DNA of 28,654 nt from Candidatus Nanohalobium sp. (GTDB lineage: Archaea; Nanohalarchaeota; Nanosalinia; Nanosalinales; Nanosalinaceae). Positions 24,784 through 28,654 of the stretch are shown piece by piece. Under the pieces are notes generated by a model, which was not told the DNA's origin, searched no databases, and saw only the letters and a list, made by a program, of their open reading frames with translations. A program made the position numbers and the translations under genes. The first letter of the stretch is position 1. Every line of letters begins with the position of its first letter. The stretch is taken from positions 1-28,654 of the forward strand of contig JBDGSL010000042.1 in the NCBI GenBank assembly GCA_042217555.1. Reading direction: 5' to 3'.

Positions 24784-25401
24784 ATGGTGGGGAAAACTCT
24801 GACGGAAGAATTGATGAAGGAGAAGCGGTTAGAGGTTCTTCAGTATTTAGTAAATAATAAGGGGAAGAGTTTCTCGATCAATGAGATGGCCGAGAACGTA
24901 GATGCTTCCTATAAAACCGTTCAAGTCTTTATAGACACACTGGAAGAGTTCGGGTTTATTGAGTCTGAGAAACATGGACGGACAAGAATAGTTTCAGTAA
25001 ATCAGGACTCGCCTTTCCTAGAAGTTTTCGAAAGGCTAGGGGAGATAGATTCTCGACCGTTCAGAGAGGTAGCGGAAGATTTTGCAGAAGAAATAACTGA
25101 AAGATACCTAGAAGAAATAGAATCAGTAATACTTTTCGGCTCTGTAGCTCGCGGATTACCGGTTTCCGGAAGCGATATAGACATACTAATACTAGTAAAA
25201 GATAAGGATGCCGTAGATGAAGTAAATGACGAAGCATGGAGCCTTAGAGATAGATACTCGGACAAAGAAGGAATACCAATCAACATCATAACACAGACAG
25301 CAGAAGAATTCAAGAGAAACTTGAGAAACAATCAACCCTTGGAAAGCAGGATAAAAGAGGAAGGAGAAGCACTGAAAGGTGAAATACCAGATGGTAAGTA
25401 G
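24784..25401 (+). CDS. HTH-fused minimal nucleotidyltransferase (MNT antitoxin-like)
   Basis: N-terminal wHTH (SINEMAENVDASYKTV...LEEFGFI), then ILFGSVARG....SDIDILI. Confidence 0.9.
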   Translation: MVGKTLTEELMKEKRLEVLQYLVNNKGKSFSINEMAENVDASYKTVQVFIDTLEEFGFIESEKHGRTRIVSVNQDSPFLEVFERLGEIDSRPFREVAEDFAEEITERYLEEIESVILFGSVARGLPVSGSDIDILILVKDKDAVDEVNDEAWSLRDRYSDKEGIPINIITQTAEEFKRNLRNNQPLESRIKEEGEALKGEIPDGK

Positions 25402-25837
25402 ACAAGTACAGAAGAACATTGAAACATCATGGGAAGACGCACAGTGGTACCTGAAAATAGGGATGAAAAGCATGGAGGAAGGAGCACCTAATAGGGTCAC
25501 AATCAGTCTTTTCTGCCAGGCACTGATACGAGGAACCTACTGCCTATGCTTCTATTATAACAAGGAAAGCTGTCAGTCGGGCCGAGGTCACGGACTACAC
25601 AAACCACTCCAGAAACTCTATACCAAGAAAGGAATGCCAGAAAAATACTCAAAATACACAAGCACACTCAAAAAGTGGGTTGCACAAGAAAAAGACCTGG
25701 CACAGTACAAAGGCAAAAACTACAACACCACAGAACTAGGAAAAGCCGAAAAACAAACCAAAAGATACCTAGAAAACTGTGTCAAAGAAGTACTCAAGGA
25801 AGAAGAAGTCTGGAGCGAATTAGAGACAGAAATCTAA
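25391..25837 (+). CDS. HEPN-domain protein (partner of MNT)
   Basis: Overlaps the MNT stop; helical; QALI, RGHGLH (R-x4-H), AQY, A...A pattern of HEPN domains. Confidence 0.7.
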   Translation: MVSRQVQKNIETSWEDAQWYLKIGMKSMEEGAPNRVTISLFCQALIRGTYCLCFYYNKESCQSGRGHGLHKPLQKLYTKKGMPEKYSKYTSTLKKWVAQEKDLAQYKGKNYNTTELGKAEKQTKRYLENCVKEVLKEEEVWSELETEI

Positions 25838-25916
25838 TTCAAGTTAACCATCGTTGACTGATGCGTAGCTTCTCTGTGTCGTGGCTGTGAAGGATGCTAG
25901 CAGATCATCTTCTATA

Positions 25917-26089
25917 ATGGCTCAGTACTTGCCTTTATGATGGACAAGGTCTCGATCGCCATTTACGGCGATAAAGCAGGTATAATATTCTGGATTCCGA
26001 ATCCATTAGTCATACTTATTGAAGATAAGAAAGCGGCGGAATCATTCAAGAACTACTTCGACCTGGTCTGGGAGAGTTCTGACAAGTAG
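25917..26089 (+). pseudogene. C-terminal remnant of a TrmB-like transcriptional regulator
   Basis: 25940..26089 reads MDKVSIAIYGDKAGIIFWIPNPLVILIEDKKAAESFKNYFDLVWESSDK*, typical of the TrmB-like effector-domain end. AQYLP lies out of frame just upstream; the HTH half is absent. Confidence 0.7.
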
Positions 26090-26150
26090 GTTATCTAGGT
26101 TCTAACCGGTAACCTCTACGTTTAAACAGGTAGAGGAAAACAGGTTGGTT

Positions 26151-27371
26151 ATGTCTGAACTTGAAGATGCACGACAGAACCTCAAGGAAGCACTAAAATC
26201 AGTAGGAGAAGAGAGATATTTTGACAGGTTGAAGTGTCCTGAGCGTTTCGTGGAAGTTAACTTCTCTGTTGAGATGGATAACGGTGAGAAAAAGGTTTTC
26301 AAAGGTTTCAGGTCGCAGCATTCTACTATTCGTGGACCGGGTAAGGGCGGCATCAGGTTTTCTCCACAGGTTGATGAGGATGAGGTTAAGGCACTGTCTA
26401 TCTGGATGAGCTTGAAGACTGCTGTAGCAGATATACCTTTTGGAGGAGCTAAAGGCGGAGTGGTTGTCAACCCGCGTGAACTCTCTGAAGAGGAGGAGCA
26501 AAGGCTTTCACGGAGATATCTGGATGCTATAGCCGAAGTTATCGGGGAGAAGAGGGATATACCTGCGCCTGACATGAATACTTCTGGCAAGCACATGGCA
26601 TGGATGATGGACGAGTACTCAAAGGACAACAGGGAGAACATGCCCGGTGTCATCACAGGTAAGCCGGTAGAAGCGTTCGGAAGCGAGGGAAGAGCTGAGG
26701 CAACAGGCTACGGAGCAGTATACATCATCCGCAAGATAATAGAGGAGGAAGGCCTGAGAACCAGGAACCTGACCGCAGCTGTACAGGGATTCGGTAACGC
26801 GGCCGAGCCCGCAGTCGAAATGCTAGATAACATAGGAGTGGATGTAGTCGCAGTATCGGACTCAAGCGGAGCAATACTTGACAGAGAAGGACTGAGCCAT
26901 GAAACACTGAAGGAGTGTAAAAGAGAACACGGAGAGATCTGCCCTGCAGGAGAAGAAATAACCAATGAAGAACTACTGGAACTGGATGTAGACTTCCTCA
27001 TACCTGCAGCAGTTGAAGGAGTGATAACGGAGGAAAACGCTGAAAACATACAGGCAGACTACATAGTTGAAGTAGCAAACGGGCCGACAACCCGGAAAGC
27101 AGACGACATACTCCGCGAAAGAGACGTAACAGTGATCCCGGACGTCCTCGCAAACTCCGGCGGCGTAACCGTATCCTACTACGAATGGGTTCAGAACCGG
27201 ACAGGAGACTACTGGAGCCGGGAAAAAGTCCTTGAAAAACTGAGAGAAAACATCCAGAAAGCCTACACCAAGTTCCACAGCTACAGAGAACAGGAAAAAC
27301 TCTACGGCCGAAACGCAGCTTACCAGATGGCCGCGGAAAAAATAGTAAAAGCAATCAAAGCAAGAAACTGA
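26151..27371 (+). CDS. gdhA: Glutamate dehydrogenase (Glu/Leu/Phe/Val dehydrogenase family)
   Basis: GP.KGGIR, M..K, GGAKGG, PAPD, TGKP, R.EATG, QGFGN, E.ANGP, N.GGV.VSY.EW.QN. Confidence 0.95.
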   Translation: MSELEDARQNLKEALKSVGEERYFDRLKCPERFVEVNFSVEMDNGEKKVFKGFRSQHSTIRGPGKGGIRFSPQVDEDEVKALSIWMSLKTAVADIPFGGAKGGVVVNPRELSEEEEQRLSRRYLDAIAEVIGEKRDIPAPDMNTSGKHMAWMMDEYSKDNRENMPGVITGKPVEAFGSEGRAEATGYGAVYIIRKIIEEEGLRTRNLTAAVQGFGNAAEPAVEMLDNIGVDVVAVSDSSGAILDREGLSHETLKECKREHGEICPAGEEITNEELLELDVDFLIPAAVEGVITEENAENIQADYIVEVANGPTTRKADDILRERDVTVIPDVLANSGGVTVSYYEWVQNRTGDYWSREKVLEKLRENIQKAYTKFHSYREQEKLYGRNAAYQMAAEKIVKAIKARN

Positions 27372-27423
27372 CTGCCGACATACCACCGGTTCAAGATGTC
27401 AACAACCCTCCTTTCCTTTACCC

Positions 27424-27430
27424 TTTATAA
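27424..27430 (+). promoter_or_regulatory. Putative TATA box of the rRNA transcription unit
   Basis: TTTATAA about 340 nt upstream of the 16S 5' end. Confidence 0.5.
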
Positions 27431-27766
27431 GATTTAACTTGGAGTTCGTTGTTACCCGACGCGGAGACGCGACTGAGAAAACCTTTCCTGGTTTTCGACA
27501 GGGAGATAGCTCTTTTCGAGCCTTCGATGAGCGCAACTACAACTTTTGTTTTTTTGCGTGATGTAGGAGACGGACCCGAAACGTGAGAATTTTCTCGCGT
27601 TTCATGCATGTAGCCGCATATCCCTAGTGGATATGCACTATACTTGGCTGAGAGGCTTGGAACCTCTCGATTTAAAGACGACGAAGACATTTCAGGTCTT
27701 CTGAGTCCGGAATCTCCGTATGGAGAATCCGAACCCGTCAAGAACCCTCCAATTAGGTTTGGAGCA

Positions 27767-28654
<888 letters not shown>

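Overview
Archaeal DNA from an extreme halophile. The proteins are strongly acidic and the partial 16S rRNA gene is divergent; a nanohaloarchaeon (DPANN) is the most likely source, which is inference without a database search. In order, the window holds: two cell-surface genes; a toxin-antitoxin/ATPase island (RelE-like, Fic/Doc, VapBC, AAA-DUF4143) with a 108-bp exact direct repeat; the rpl18e-rpl13-rps9-rpoN operon; NUDIX, ZIP and HIT genes; a ~774-codon coiled-coil gene broken by four frameshifts; intron-containing tRNA-Glu(TTC); a three-component ATP-citrate-lyase-type operon; a PduO-type adenosyltransferase; four tandem diverged winged-helix-like paralogs, two sharing a near-identical promoter/RBS/start block; a lipoate-ligase cluster; intron-containing tRNA-Leu(GAG); tRNA-His followed by an MNT-HEPN pair; glutamate dehydrogenase; and the 5' half of 16S rRNA. 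Least explained signals: (i) hairpin-dense inserts in leaders, spacers, trailers and an intron of highly expressed RNAs, two ending in the same hairpin followed by a same-register copy of the tRNA 3' end; (ii) five frameshifts all repairable by adding G at a CAGA context (artefact or recoding); (iii) the repeat-bounded TA unit with 33-bp-periodic boxes; (iv) the winged-helix paralog array.
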